Positions 1 to 9,246 of a stretch of 46,655 nucleotides of DNA are shown here, piece after piece (within the stretch, counting starts at the first letter, position 1; each line of letters begins with the position of its first letter). The position numbers and the translations under genes are program-made. This DNA comes from a virus. Taxonomy: Duplodnaviria; Heunggongvirae; Uroviricota; Caudoviricetes. Below the pieces are notes generated by a model. That model had not been told where the DNA came from, searched no databases, and worked only from the letters and a program-made list of their open reading frames with translations. The stretch lies in the IMG/VR virus record IMGVR_UViG_2721755711_000007. One strand, given 5' to 3'.

Positions 1-1164
1 TTACGCCTTCTTTATATCCTCCATAATTCCAGAGTGGGACATATTTGGGACATTATCACCAAAAATGTCGTCTATTTTCCTCGCATGCTCTGTCAAATGA
101 TTAGGCGCAAGGTGAGCATACCTACGAACCATTTCTATGGACTCCCATCCGCCCATTTCCTGAAGCACTGATAATGGGACGCCTGACTGAATCAGCCAGC
201 TTGCCCAGGTGTGTCTGAGGTCATGGAAACGGAAATCTTCAATTCCTGCACGACGACAAGCTGATAGCCATGATGTCTTGCTGTCGATGCGCATCTTCCT
301 GACCGCAGGCGTTGATGTTCCATCTGCTCGCTTAGCCGCCTTGGTATGTACAAACACCCATTTGTGATGCTTGCCTATTTGATCACGCAACACTTTACAG
401 GCGGTATCGTTCAGCGCCACACCAATGGCGCGGTTTGATTTGCTCTCTTCTGGATTCACCCAGGCAACTCGTCGCTGCATGTCGATTTGTTGCCATTCCA
501 GATTTATGATGTTCGACTTTCTCAGACCAGTTGCCAGCGCAAACTTGACGACAGATTTCAGTGGTTCGGGGCACTCATCAATAAGGCGTTTTGCTTCCTC
601 CTTTTCCAGCCATCTGACTCGCTTGTTTCTGACCGCTGGTATCTTGATGACAGGCGCTTTTTCCAGCCACTTCCAGTCGCGTTCTGCAGCACGGAGAATG
701 GCCTTTATCATGGCAAGATGCTTTGCCTTTGTCTGAGTTGATACTGGCTTTGGTTCATAAACAGGCGGTTCTTTACCTTTCCTGATGGCGGCCTGAACTT
801 TCTGTTTCCATATTTCTTTCGTCTTTCTGTTATGCATTCTGCTTACAGCAGAGTAAATCTTTGCCTCCGAGATATCTTTAAGCCTTATACCCTCAAAATG
901 TTCAAGCCAGAACTCAATCCGGCTTTTATCTGAATCGAGAGATTTTTTATCAGCTTTTTCCTCAAGCCATCTTAGGCAGGCCTCTTCAAAAGTGACATCA
1001 GGTAAATCCCCTAGCTTTTCTACTCGCCAGAGTTCTGCTTTTCGCTTGTCGTGCAACTCCTGAGCTTGCCGCTTGTCCTTTGTGCCAAGAGATTCCTTAA
1101 TTCGTTTCTCGCCCGGGAGCGAATACGAGGCATACCATATTTCATTTCTGCGGAAGAGTGACAT
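1..1164 (-). CDS. intD: Phage tyrosine integrase (DLP12 IntD-like), 387 aa
   Basis: Full ORF on minus strand; C-terminal catalytic region with R...HDLRHTWAS...RRY arrangement typical of tyrosine recombinases; located at prophage edge next to xis. Confidence 0.9.
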   Translation of the reverse strand: MSLFRRNEIWYASYSLPGEKRIKESLGTKDKRQAQELHDKRKAELWRVEKLGDLPDVTFEEACLRWLEEKADKKSLDSDKSRIEFWLEHFEGIRLKDISEAKIYSAVSRMHNRKTKEIWKQKVQAAIRKGKEPPVYEPKPVSTQTKAKHLAMIKAILRAAERDWKWLEKAPVIKIPAVRNKRVRWLEKEEAKRLIDECPEPLKSVVKFALATGLRKSNIINLEWQQIDMQRRVAWVNPEESKSNRAIGVALNDTACKVLRDQIGKHHKWVFVHTKAAKRADGTSTPAVRKMRIDSKTSWLSACRRAGIEDFRFHDLRHTWASWLIQSGVPLSVLQEMGGWESIEMVRRYAHLAPNHLTEHARKIDDIFGDNVPNMSHSGIMEDIKKA

Positions 1165-1391
1165 TTTCTTTCCTCTGTTATGCCATCACCCGCGCTCACC
1201 TGGACAGTATGCAGCGGAGACTGAAGCGCCGCAATGCAGGCTTGCCGTGTTGTGAGGTAAGGAGATTTTGGCTTGGTTGGATCTTTACGTGTTGCCTGTA
1301 GGCGGCCTGTTCGTATCCAGTTGGTGGCGGTTGGTCTGGATATCTTAAGAAACTGACAGGCCTCATCGAGTGTGAGGCTGTATGATTCCAT
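1020..1391 (-). CDS. xis: Excisionase-like DNA-binding protein (AlpA/MerR-type HTH); overlaps int 3' region
   Basis: ORF starting [31 protein letters not shown] (HTH) immediately upstream of int; true stop uncertain because frame stays open into int. Confidence 0.5.
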   Translation of the reverse strand: MESYSLTLDEACQFLKISRPTATNWIRTGRLQATRKDPTKPKSPYLTTRQACIAALQSPLHTVQVSAGDGITEERKCHSSAEMKYGMPRIRSRARNELRNLLAQRTSGKLRSCTTSEKQNSGE

Positions 1392-1507
1392 GGTTACCTC
1401 TGCTTTTTGAACGCATGTCACGTAACTTCTTAATGTGTTCTGCCGTTTCGATCTCTTCTGCTATGTGAACCGCCCCGGGTTTCCTGGAGAGTGTTTTATC
1501 TGTGAAC

Positions 1508-2399
1508 TCAGGCTGCCAGATCATCGTTTCCGATGGAAGCATAATAAGCTTTTTCTGCTTCTGCCGGTGGGATATGGCCCAGCCTTTCCAGCAATCGTCG
1601 ATTGTTATACCAGTCCACCCACGTGAGTGTGGACAGCTCCACTTCTGTCCGGTTTTTCCAGCGCTTACGGTGTATTACCTCCGCTTTGTAAAGGCCATTG
1701 ATGCTTCTCCGCCATCGCGTTGTCATACGAGTCACCAGTACTCCCTGTTGATGCCAGTAAGCCGGCTTCCTTAAGCCGCTGCGTGTAGGCCAGCGATACA
1801 TACTGAGAACCTTTATCACTGTGGTGGATTGTGCCGGACGGCCGACGGGCCCACAACGCCTGCTCCAGTGCATCCAGCACGAATGCCGTTTCCATGGATG
1901 ATGAGACCCGCCATCCCACGATGTATCCGGCGAACACATCAATGATGAACGCCACATAAACGAAGCCCTGCCATGTGTTTACCCAGGTAAAATCAGCCAC
2001 CCACAACTGGTCAGGACGTTCTGCCACGAACTGACGGTTTACGCGGTCGCATGCGGCAACGGCTTTCCGGCTGACGGTAGTGCGGACCTTTTTACCCCGG
2101 AGAACACCGGCAAGTCCCATAACCGCCATGAGACGTGCCACAGTGCATCTGGCCACTCTGATACCTTCCCGTAACAACTGACGCCAGACTTTACGCACAC
2201 CGTATACCTGGTGATTTTCATCGTATACGCGCTGTATCTCTTTCTTCAGCCAGTCATCGCGCTGCGCACGGGCACTGCGTTTATCAGGATGATGTCGCTG
2301 TTGCTGACAGTGGTAATACGTTGACGGGGCAATATGCAGTTCGCTGCATACCGGTCCGACCCCGTACTGCTCACGCAGCTTATCCAGCAGTGGCATCAT
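1508..2399 (-). pseudogene. IS3-family transposase OrfB (DDE), split by an apparent +1 frameshift near 1704-1710
   Basis: N-terminal 244 codons in one frame (1665..2399) end YDNAMAEKHQ...; conserved C-terminus INGLYKAEVIHRKRW...WVDWYNNRRLLERLGHIPPAEAE continues in another frame (1508..1957). Confidence 0.6.
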
Positions 2400-2722
2400 T
2401 TTTTCCAGAGGCGGTCGAACTCCGCCTTCGCAAAATAAGCGGAAGCCTGGCGAAGGATATCGTTACTGCGGCGCAGTTCACGATTTTCACGTTCCAGCTC
2501 TTTCAGACGCTGACGTTCAGCGGTGGTGAGCCCACCATCACCGCCCCCGGTATCCCGCTCATGCTGGCGAACCCAGACACGCAGAGTCTCCGGCGTACAG
2601 CCAATTTTTGGGGCAATGGAACAAATTGCCGCCCACTGTGAATCATACTCATCCTGACTTTCCAGAACCATACGAATCGCTCGCTGACGGACTTCGGGGG
2701 AAAAACGAGTATTTTTAGTCAT
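2396..2722 (-). CDS. IS3-family transposase OrfA (HTH), 108 aa
   Basis: [24 protein letters not shown]... with leucine-zipper-like C-terminus; -1 frame partner orfB downstream. Confidence 0.8.
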   Translation of the reverse strand: MTKNTRFSPEVRQRAIRMVLESQDEYDSQWAAICSIAPKIGCTPETLRVWVRQHERDTGGGDGGLTTAERQRLKELERENRELRRSNDILRQASAYFAKAEFDRLWKK

Positions 2723-2776
2723 CCTGTTTACCTCTTTCTCAGGGAGTTTAGTCTCCAGGATTCCCGGGACGGTTCA

Positions 2777-2955
2777 ATCCGATCTGCATCAGCTTTATTC
2801 ACAGGTTCAAAGTCATGATTAAAGCGGAACATGCTGGCGATACATGTTCTGCCTTTTCGGATGTAGTGAACTTTGTTGTGGGTAGAACGCAGGATTTTGC
2901 AGGGAGTGCCGTGGTGGTCGACGTACCAGGTGTTAGGAAAAATGATTCTGAACAT
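2777..2955 (-). pseudogene. Small phage ORF truncated at its 3' end by the IS insertion
   Basis: ORF 2728..2955 runs from phage DNA into the IS terminal repeat at 2776. Confidence 0.3.
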
Positions 2956-3011
2956 TTTTACACCTCAGTTGGACGATGTTGAAATTTGCTGCTTTGAGGC
3001 CATCACAGTCC

Positions 3012-3221
3012 CTATTGTTTGTTCTTAAGTTCGATCTCCTCCTGGCAACTCGCACAAGTCCGACAACCCTGAACAGCCAGGCGTCTTCGCTCATCTATCG
3101 GATCGCCACACTCACAACAATGAGTTGCGGATACAGTCTGGTAGTTCAGACGACGCATTTTTATTGCTGTATTGCGCTGTAATTCTTCGATTTCTGATGC
3201 TGAATCAATGATGTCTGCCAT
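3012..3221 (-). CDS. TraR/DksA-family C4 zinc-finger protein, 69 aa
   Basis: CCECGDPI...CRTCASC four-cysteine motif in a 69-aa ORF, typical of phage TraR-like proteins. Confidence 0.7.
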   Translation of the reverse strand: MADIIDSASEIEELQRNTAIKMRRLNYQTVSATHCCECGDPIDERRRLAVQGCRTCASCQEEIELKNKQ

Positions 3222-3271
3222 CTTTCATTAATCCCTGAATTGTTGGTTAATACGCTTGAGGGTAAATGCGA

Positions 3272-3298
3272 ATAATAAAAAAGGAGCCTGTAGCTCCC
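3272..3298 (-). terminator. Putative rho-independent terminator (minus strand)
   Basis: GGAGC-loop-GCTCC hairpin followed on the minus strand by a TTTTTTATTATT run. Confidence 0.4.
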
Positions 3299-3319
3299 TG
3301 ATGATTTTGCTTTTCATGT

Positions 3320-3535
3320 TTACCGTTCCTTAAAGACGCCGTTCAACATGCCGATCGCCAGGCTTAAATGAGTCGGTGTGAATCCCATCAGCGTTACCGT
3401 TTCGCGGTGCTTCTTTAGTACGCTACGGCAAATGTCATCGACGTTTTTATCCGGAAAATGCTGTCTGGCTTTTTTGATTTCAGAATTAGCCTGACGGGCA
3501 ATGCTGCGAAGGGCGTTTTCTTGCTGAGGTGTCAT
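3320..3535 (-). CDS. Hypothetical small phage protein, 71 aa
   Basis: ORF in tightly packed leftward operon between exo and xis. Confidence 0.55.
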   Translation of the reverse strand: MTPQQENALRSIARQANSEIKKARQHFPDKNVDDICRSVLKKHRETVTLMGFTPTHLSLAIGMLNGVFKER

Positions 3536-3611
3536 TGAACAAGCCCCATGTCGGCAAGCATAAGCTCACAGAATATGAAGCCCGCTGCCAGAAAAATGCA
3601 TTCAGTGGTTG

Positions 3612-3803
3612 TCATACCTGGTCTCTCTCATCTGCTTCTGCTTTCGCCACCATCATTTCCAGCTTTTGTGAAAGGGATGTGGCTAACGTATGAAATTCTT
3701 CGTCTGTTTCTACTGGTATTGGCACAAACCTGACTCCAATTTGAGCAAGGCTATGTGCCATCTCAATACTCGTTCTTAACTCAACAGGAGATGCTTTGTG
3801 CAT
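3612..3803 (-). CDS. Hypothetical small phage protein, 63 aa
   Basis: ORF in leftward early operon. Confidence 0.5.
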   Translation of the reverse strand: MHKASPVELRTSIEMAHSLAQIGVRFVPIPVETDEEFHTLATSLSQKLEMMVAKAEADERDQV

Positions 3804-3964
3804 ACCGCCTCCCGTTTATTATTTATCTTCTCAGCCAGCCGCTGTGCTTTCAGTGGATTTCTGATAACAGAAAGGCCGGGAAATACCCAGCCTCGCTTTG
3901 TAACGGAGTAGACGAAAGTGATCGCGCCTACCCGGATATTATCGTGAGGATGCGTCATCGCCAT
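3776..3964 (-). CDS. Hypothetical small phage protein, 62 aa
   Basis: ORF immediately downstream of exo, overlapping neighbours by a few codons as is usual in this operon. Confidence 0.4.
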   Translation of the reverse strand: MAMTHPHDNIRVGAITFVYSVTKRGWVFPGLSVIRNPLKAQRLAEKINNKREAVCTKHLLLS

Positions 3965-4635
3965 TGCTCCCCAAATACAAAACCAATTTCAGCCAGTGCC
4001 TCGTCCATTTTTTCGATGAACTCCGGCACCATCTCGTCAAAACTCGCCATGTACTTTTCATTCCGCTCAATCACGACATAATGCAGGCCTTCACGCTTCA
4101 TGCGCGGGTCATAGTTGGCAAAGTACCAGGCATCTTTTCGCGTCACCCACATGCTGTACTGCACCTGGGCCATGTAAGCCGATTTTATTGCCTCGAAACC
4201 ACCGAGCCGGAATTTCATGAAATCCCGGGAGGTAAACGGGCATTTCAGTTCAAGGCCGTTGCCGTCACTGCATAAACCATCGGGGGAGCAGGCGGTGCGC
4301 ATACTTTCGTCGCGATAGATGATCGGGGATTCAGTAATATTCACGCCGGAAGTGAATTCAAACAGGGTTCTGGCGTCGTTCTCGTACTGTTTTCCCCAGG
4401 CCAGCGCCTTAGCATTAACTTCCGGAGCCACACCGGTGCAAACCTCAGCCAGCAGGGTGTGGAAGTAGGACATTTTCATGTCAGGCCACTTCTTTCCTGA
4501 GCGGGGCTTTGCTATCACGTTGTGAACTTCTGAAGCGGTGATGACGCCGAGCCGTAATTTGTGCCATGCATCATCCCCCTGTTCGACAGCTCTCACGTCG
4601 ATCCCGGTACGCTGCAGGATAATGTCCGGTATCAT
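3955..4635 (-). CDS. exo: Lambda exonuclease (Red alpha), 226 aa
   Basis: Translation near-identical to lambda Exo as I recall it ([36 protein letters not shown]...). Confidence 0.95.
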   Translation of the reverse strand: MIPDIILQRTGIDVRAVEQGDDAWHKLRLGVITASEVHNVIAKPRSGKKWPDMKMSYFHTLLAEVCTGVAPEVNAKALAWGKQYENDARTLFEFTSGVNITESPIIYRDESMRTACSPDGLCSDGNGLELKCPFTSRDFMKFRLGGFEAIKSAYMAQVQYSMWVTRKDAWYFANYDPRMKREGLHYVVIERNEKYMASFDEMVPEFIEKMDEALAEIGFVFGEQWR

Positions 4636-5417
4636 GCTGCCACCTTCTGCTCAGTGGCTTTCTGTTTCAGGAATCCAAGAGCTTTCACTGCTTCGGCCTG
4701 TGTCAGTTCTGACGATGCGTGAATGTCGCGGCGAAATATCTGGGAACAGAGCGGCAATAAGTCGTCATCCCATGTTTTATCCAGGGCGATCAGCAGAGTG
4801 TTAATCTCCTGCATGGTTTCATCGTTAACCGGAGTGATGTCGCGTTCTGGCTGACGTTCTGCAGTGTATGCAGTATTTTCGACAATGCGCTCGGCTTCAT
4901 CCTTGTCATAGATACCAGCAAATCCGAAGGCCAGACGGGCACACTGAATCATGGCTTTATGCCGTAACATCCGTTTGGGATGCGACTGCCACGGCCCCGT
5001 GATTTCTCTGCCTTCGCGGGTTTTGAATGGTTCGCGGCGGCATTCATCCATCCATTCGGTAACGCAGATCGGATGATTACGGTCCTTGCGGTAAATCCGG
5101 CATGTACAGGATTCATTGTCCTGCTCAAAGTCCATGCCATCAAACTGCTGGTTTTCATTGATGATGCGGGACCAGCCATCAACGCCCACCACCGGAACAA
5201 TGCCGTTCTGCTTATCAGGGAAGGCGTAAATTTCTTTCGTCCACGGATTAAGGCCGTACTGGTTGGCGACGATCAGCAATGCGATGAACTGCGCATCGCT
5301 GGCATCACCTTTAAATGCCGTCTGGCGAAGAGTGGTGATCAGTTCCTGTGGGTCGACAGAATCCATGCCGACACGTTCAGCCAGCTTCCCTGCCAGCGTT
5401 GCGAGTGCTGTACTCAT
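4632..5417 (-). CDS. bet: Recombination protein Bet (Red beta), 261 aa
   Basis: Translation matches lambda Bet ([44 protein letters not shown]...). Confidence 0.95.
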   Translation of the reverse strand: MSTALATLAGKLAERVGMDSVDPQELITTLRQTAFKGDASDAQFIALLIVANQYGLNPWTKEIYAFPDKQNGIVPVVGVDGWSRIINENQQFDGMDFEQDNESCTCRIYRKDRNHPICVTEWMDECRREPFKTREGREITGPWQSHPKRMLRHKAMIQCARLAFGFAGIYDKDEAERIVENTAYTAERQPERDITPVNDETMQEINTLLIALDKTWDDDLLPLCSQIFRRDIHASSELTQAEAVKALGFLKQKATEQKVAA

Positions 5418-5422
5418 CCGTT

Positions 5423-5719
5423 TTATACCTCTGAATCAATATCAACCTGGTGGTGAGCAATGGTTTCAACCATGTACTGGATGTGTTCTGCCATGCGCTC
5501 CTGAAACTCAACATCGTCATCAAACGCACGGGTAATGGCTTTTTTGCTGGCCCCGTGGCGTTGCAAATGATCGATGCATAGCGATTCAAACAGGTGCTGG
5601 GGCAGGCCTTTTTCCATGTCGTCTGCCAGTTCTGCCTCTTTCTCTTCACGGGCGATCTGCTGGTAGTGACGCGCCCAGCTCTGAGCCTCAAGACGATCCT
5701 GAATGTAATAAGCGTTCAT
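5423..5719 (-). CDS. gam: Gam, RecBCD inhibitor (98-aa form)
   Basis: Translation matches lambda Gam short form ([21 protein letters not shown]...[10 protein letters not shown]). Confidence 0.9.
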   Translation of the reverse strand: MNAYYIQDRLEAQSWARHYQQIAREEKEAELADDMEKGLPQHLFESLCIDHLQRHGASKKAITRAFDDDVEFQERMAEHIQYMVETIAHHQVDIDSEV

Positions 5720-5794
5720 GGCTGACCTCCTGAAAATGGCTGTGAAAATATCGCCCGCGAAATGCCAGGCTGATTAGGAAAACAGGAAAGGGGA

Positions 5795-6085
5795 TTAGTG
5801 ATTCAGGCCGTTACCGCGTCCGTCGAGAAAAACTTCCACGAGCAAATCACGGGTATAAGTGCGCTCGATGCCGCGATGCAGATAAAGCCGTCCGCGTAAA
5901 TTAGCTGATGCAGTCCAGGTACCATCTTTGTGTTTGACCAGCATTCCTGGCATGACCGCACCTCGATTAACGGTCTGCGTTCCATAATGTTGATGAACCA
6001 TAAAAACTCCTGCCCGTAAGCTGGGCTGCTGAACATATAGAGACTTCTGCGCGTATTCAGGCGGTGGATGGCCGCCGGTTGTCAT
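5795..6085 (-). CDS. Hypothetical protein, 96 aa; first gene downstream of putative pL
   Basis: ORF with GAGG ribosome-binding site about 11 nt upstream; no recognisable N-like arginine-rich motif. Confidence 0.5.
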   Translation of the reverse strand: MTTGGHPPPEYAQKSLYVQQPSLRAGVFMVHQHYGTQTVNRGAVMPGMLVKHKDGTWTASANLRGRLYLHRGIERTYTRDLLVEVFLDGRGNGLNH

Positions 6086-6253
6086 AACTAAGCCGCCTCG
6101 TTGAAGCGACTAAGGTATGAAATGTTGAGTTAATTTCAGCTGGTCACACCGACGTTCACGCGTCCGTTTCACCCCTCGCACTCCCCGAAGCCTGCTGAAA
6201 TTCAAACTGCGGATCTAAGCGGTCATCGCAACGGTGAATCAGGTAGTTGCCGT

Positions 6254-6350
6254 ATCGTTGTGTTGTTGCGATGAACTTATTTAAAACTATAGTTGTTTTA
6301 TCGTCAACAACAAAAGTTGTTTTATTGGTTGTTTTAGATATAACTGGTTG
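6254..6350 (-). promoter_or_regulatory. Putative OL/pL operator-promoter region
   Basis: Repeated GGTTGTT / AACAACC half-site motifs shared with the cI-cro intergenic region, including the palindrome ACAACAAAAGTTGT. Confidence 0.4.
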
Positions 6351-6448
6351 TATTTAGGATGGATTTATTTTGTGACTTGAATCGCATAGCGATAACTGAA
6401 GCGAGGTTATGGTGGTTTTTTTAACGGTGTGTGTGATGAGGGGAGGGC

Positions 6449-6480
6449 AAAAGAAAACCCGGCACGGTGACCGGGATTCT
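6449..6480 (-). terminator. Putative rho-independent terminator downstream of the repressor gene
   Basis: CCCGG-loop-CCGGG hairpin followed on the minus strand by TTTTCTTTTG. Confidence 0.35.
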
Positions 6481-6596
6481 TACGCCGTTAGGTAAAGATA
6501 TTATTGCGGTGGCTTAATATTACTACCTAGAGCAAAGATAGGAATTAGTTCTTTACTGAATGAGCACAATGCCCAGTTGATAATTTTTAATTGGTA

Positions 6597-7286
6597 CTAC
6601 CCATGCTTCCTATATGTCTGCGGCATGCTCCCAATAACCTTACCGAAGATGAACACCCGGTTCATCTCGTCTTTCTCGATCGGGTCCCACGGTGAGTAGC
6701 TTTTGTTATCAGAGATGACCAGCAGCTTATCCTTCATCATTTGCAGGCGCTTTACATGGGCTGTGTCGTCGTACAGAAACGCATAGATACCATCACCGTC
6801 GAAAGATTTAACTGTGATATCAACGAACAGCAGATCACCTGGTTCGATCGTTCCTGACATGCTGTCACCACGCACGTTAATGATGCGGATATTTTCCGCC
6901 TTCCTACCATCGAACATGTGACGAGCATCGTCAAACGAGTACTCAACCGAGCGTAGAACTTCTACAAACTCACGGTTGATGACTCCCGGCCCAGCACTGA
7001 CTTCTATATCAAGAACGTCAATCTTGAAGTATTTGGAATGGCTGACAGTTGATTGTATTGGTTGCACTGTACTGTCTGACATATTTCCAACGCCAGAAGA
7101 TAACCATTCTGCGCGCACACCCAAAGCGTTCGCGATCTCCACGATTTTAGTTGTTTGATTAGCTTTCCCTGTTTCGATTTTCTGAATAGCAGCCTGGCTA
7201 ACCCCGACCAAATCCCCAAGCGCCTTTTGTGTAAGGCCTCGCGCTAATCTGGCTTCTTTAAGTCTTTCTGAGAGTGTTGTTTTCAT
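6597..7286 (-). CDS. cI-like prophage repressor (XRE-type HTH plus S24 LexA-like peptidase domain)
   Basis: N-terminal HTH (LTQKALGDLVGVSQAAIQKIETGK) and C-terminal autocleavage domain with GDSM and K; start taken at MKTTLSERLKEA (ATG 7284-7286). Confidence 0.85.
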   Translation of the reverse strand: MKTTLSERLKEARLARGLTQKALGDLVGVSQAAIQKIETGKANQTTKIVEIANALGVRAEWLSSGVGNMSDSTVQPIQSTVSHSKYFKIDVLDIEVSAGPGVINREFVEVLRSVEYSFDDARHMFDGRKAENIRIINVRGDSMSGTIEPGDLLFVDITVKSFDGDGIYAFLYDDTAHVKRLQMMKDKLLVISDNKSYSPWDPIEKDEMNRVFIFGKVIGSMPQTYRKHG

Positions 7287-7390
7287 AGTCCAAATGTACA
7301 ACCAAGGTTTTATTCCATCAAACGAAAATGGTTGTTGACTAAAAACAACCATAGTTTTAATCTTGATTCAAATTAACCACGGAGGTTGTT
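7287..7390. promoter_or_regulatory. OR region: divergent pRM (minus; -35 TTGATG 7316-7321, -10 TACATT 7293-7298) and pR (plus; -35 TTGACT 7335-7340, -10 TAATCT 7358-7363) with 25-bp operator palindrome ATGGTTGTTgactaaaAACAACCAT (7328-7352)
   Basis: Hexamers and 17-bp spacers read directly; pRM -10 lies 6 nt from the cI ATG, implying a leaderless cI mRNA as in lambda. Confidence 0.55.
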
Positions 7391-7621
7391 ATGAACCCAG
7401 CTATCAAAACAGCGATCAATATCGTTGGTTCACAAAAGAAACTGGGCGCTGCTTGCGAAGTTTCACAGCAGGCCGTCTATAAGTGGCTTCACAACAAAGC
7501 AAAGGTATCCCCTGAACATGTCGGCAGCATTGTTACGGCTACTGGTGGAGTAGTGAAGGCATACCAGATTCGCCCGGATCTTCCGAAGTTGTTTCCACAC
7601 ACCGAAAAGAACGCAGCTTAA
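7391..7621 (+). CDS. Cro-like HTH regulator (YdaS-like), 76 aa
   Basis: Small HTH ORF divergent from repressor gene, GGAGG ribosome-binding site at 7381-7385. Confidence 0.8.
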   Translation: MNPAIKTAINIVGSQKKLGAACEVSQQAVYKWLHNKAKVSPEHVGSIVTATGGVVKAYQIRPDLPKLFPHTEKNAA

Positions 7622-7633
7622 ATTTCCATTTCA

Positions 7634-7646
7634 CGCTCTTTAACAA
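7634..7646 (+). promoter_or_regulatory. boxA-like element (CGCTCTTTAACAA) in nutR position
   Basis: Matches boxA consensus CGCTCTT(T)A and the rrn boxA TGCTCTTTAACAA; 13 nt after cro stop; no obvious boxB hairpin follows. Confidence 0.45.
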
Positions 7647-7690
7647 TAAGCAATCAACTTAACAGTCAATTCAAACTAAAGGAGTCAATT

Positions 7691-8230
7691 ATGCAACCAC
7701 TTACATACCAACAGACTAGCGGATTTAGCCCGACTGCGGTGATAAATCGTTCTCAAACAAAACAGGTGCCAGGCCACGAAAAAATCCGTGATGCCGTCCG
7801 CGCCTGGTCGGCTGTAGATAATCAGGATGTCGTTGCCACACTCATTGTGAATGAGTATCGGGAGCAGGGCGGCGGCACCATCGATTTCCCTGATGATGTC
7901 AGCCGTGCACGCCAGAAGCTGTTCCGCTTCCTCGATAACAAATTCGATTCTGAAAAATACCGAAATAACGTGCGTGAACTGACCCCGGCAATTCTGGCGG
8001 TACTACCGCTGGAATATCGCGGTTACCTGGTTGAGCAGGATAGCTTCATGGCTAGGTTGGCTGAAATGGAAAAGGAACTCAGTGAGGCAAAACAGGCTGT
8101 CATTCTCAACGCACCACGCCACCAGAAACTGAAGGAAATTAGTGAAGGTATTGTGTCGATGTTTCGTGTGGACCCAGATCTGGCTGGTCCATTGATGGCG
8201 ATGGTTACTACCATGCTGGGGGCGATATGA
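7691..8230 (+). CDS. YdaT/CII-like regulatory protein, 179 aa
   Basis: Occupies cII position; similar in motif pattern to Rac YdaT as I recall it; AAGGAG ribosome-binding site. Confidence 0.6.
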   Translation: MQPLTYQQTSGFSPTAVINRSQTKQVPGHEKIRDAVRAWSAVDNQDVVATLIVNEYREQGGGTIDFPDDVSRARQKLFRFLDNKFDSEKYRNNVRELTPAILAVLPLEYRGYLVEQDSFMARLAEMEKELSEAKQAVILNAPRHQKLKEISEGIVSMFRVDPDLAGPLMAMVTTMLGAI

Positions 8231-8316
8231 CAGGTTCAGAAATGGCGAAAGCCGGTCTGCTGGAACAGAACCGACTTTCAGGTGCAAATCGTAACACACT
8301 CATTGCGGGAGGAATT

Positions 8317-9246
8317 ATGGCAAACACTGCTGAGATATTCAATTTTCCAGTGCCGGATGCGGCACAAAAGGAGCCGCGCGTGGCAGATCTCGATGATGGT
8401 TATACGCGCATTGCAAATGAGTTGCTGGAAGCTGTGATGCTGGCCGGATTAACACAGCACCAGCTTCTGGTCTTTCTGGCTGTCATGCGCAAAACATATG
8501 GCTTTAATAAAAAACTGGATTGGGTTAGCAACGAGCAACTTTCCGAATTAACCGGGATATTGCCGCACAAGTGTTCTGCTGCAAAAAGTGTTCTGGTAAA
8601 GCGTGGGATTTTTATTCAGAGCGGGCGGAATACCGGCATTAATAATGTGGTCAGTGAATGGTCAACATTACCCGAATCAGGTAAGAAAAATAAAGTTTAC
8701 CTGAAAGAGGTAAATTTACCTGAATCAGGTAAAAAAAGTTTACCCAAATCAGGTAAAGGCGTTTACCCGAATCAGGTAAACACAAAAGACAAACTAACAA
8801 AAGACAATATAAAACCTTTTTCGTCCGAGAATTCTGGCGAATCCTCTGACCAACCAGAAAACGATCTTCCTGTGGTGAAACCGGATGCTGCAATTCAGAG
8901 CGGCAGCAAGTGGGGGACAGCAGAAGACCTGACCGCCGCAGAGTGGATGTTTGACATGGTGAAGACCATCGCGCCATCAGCCAGAAAACCGAATTTTGCA
9001 GGGTGGGCTAACGATATCCGCCTGATGCGTGAACGTGACGGACGTAACCACCGCGACATGTGCGTGCTGTTCCGCTGGGCATGCCAGGACAACTTCTGGT
9101 CCGGTAACGTGCTAAGTCCGGCCAAACTCCGCGACAAGTGGACCCAACTCGAAATCAACCGTAACAAGCAACAGGCAGGCGTGACAGCTAGCAAACCAAA
9201 ACTCGACCTGACAAACACAGACTGGATTTACGGGGTGGATCTATGA
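8317..9246 (+). CDS. O: Replication initiation protein O (lambda-type replisome organiser)
   Basis: N-terminal domain VADLDDGY...LRKTYG resembles lambda O; ori iterons inside the gene; start taken at MANTAEIFNF after GGAGG. Confidence 0.85.
   Translation: MANTAEIFNFPVPDAAQKEPRVADLDDGYTRIANELLEAVMLAGLTQHQLLVFLAVMRKTYGFNKKLDWVSNEQLSELTGILPHKCSAAKSVLVKRGIFIQSGRNTGINNVVSEWSTLPESGKKNKVYLKEVNLPESGKKSLPKSGKGVYPNQVNTKDKLTKDNIKPFSSENSGESSDQPENDLPVVKPDAAIQSGSKWGTAEDLTAAEWMFDMVKTIAPSARKPNFAGWANDIRLMRERDGRNHRDMCVLFRWACQDNFWSGNVLSPAKLRDKWTQLEINRNKQQAGVTASKPKLDLTNTDWIYGVDL
8668..8823 (+). repeat. Replication origin: five about 19-bp iterons (TTACCYRAATCAGGTAA, internal dyad TTACC/GGTAA) followed by an A/T-rich stretch
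   Basis: Direct repeats read at about 8668, 8697, 8715, 8739 and 8762, each encoding an (L)PESGK peptide repeat in O; A/T-rich 8781-8823. Confidence 0.75.

Larger units (their letters stand above)
1466..2776 (-). mobile_element. IS3-family insertion sequence (IS629/IS1203-like), about 1311 bp, imperfect terminal inverted repeats TGAACCGCCCCGGG.../...CCCGGGACGGTTCA
   Basis: Terminal inverted repeats read directly at 1466-1495 and 2747-2776; orfA/orfB transposase pair inside. Confidence 0.75.

Noticed and set aside
1-200. Looked for a tRNA gene or att core next to int
   Set aside because: int runs to position 1 of the window, so the integration site lies outside the window; no tRNA-like cloverleaf was recognisable inside.
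425-741. ORFs on the plus strand inside the integrase gene
   Set aside because: Antisense to a well-supported integrase ORF; no independent support.
7634-7690. boxB-type hairpin following the boxA-like sequence
   Set aside because: No GC-rich stem-loop found within 60 nt downstream; only a short direct repeat AGTCAATT.
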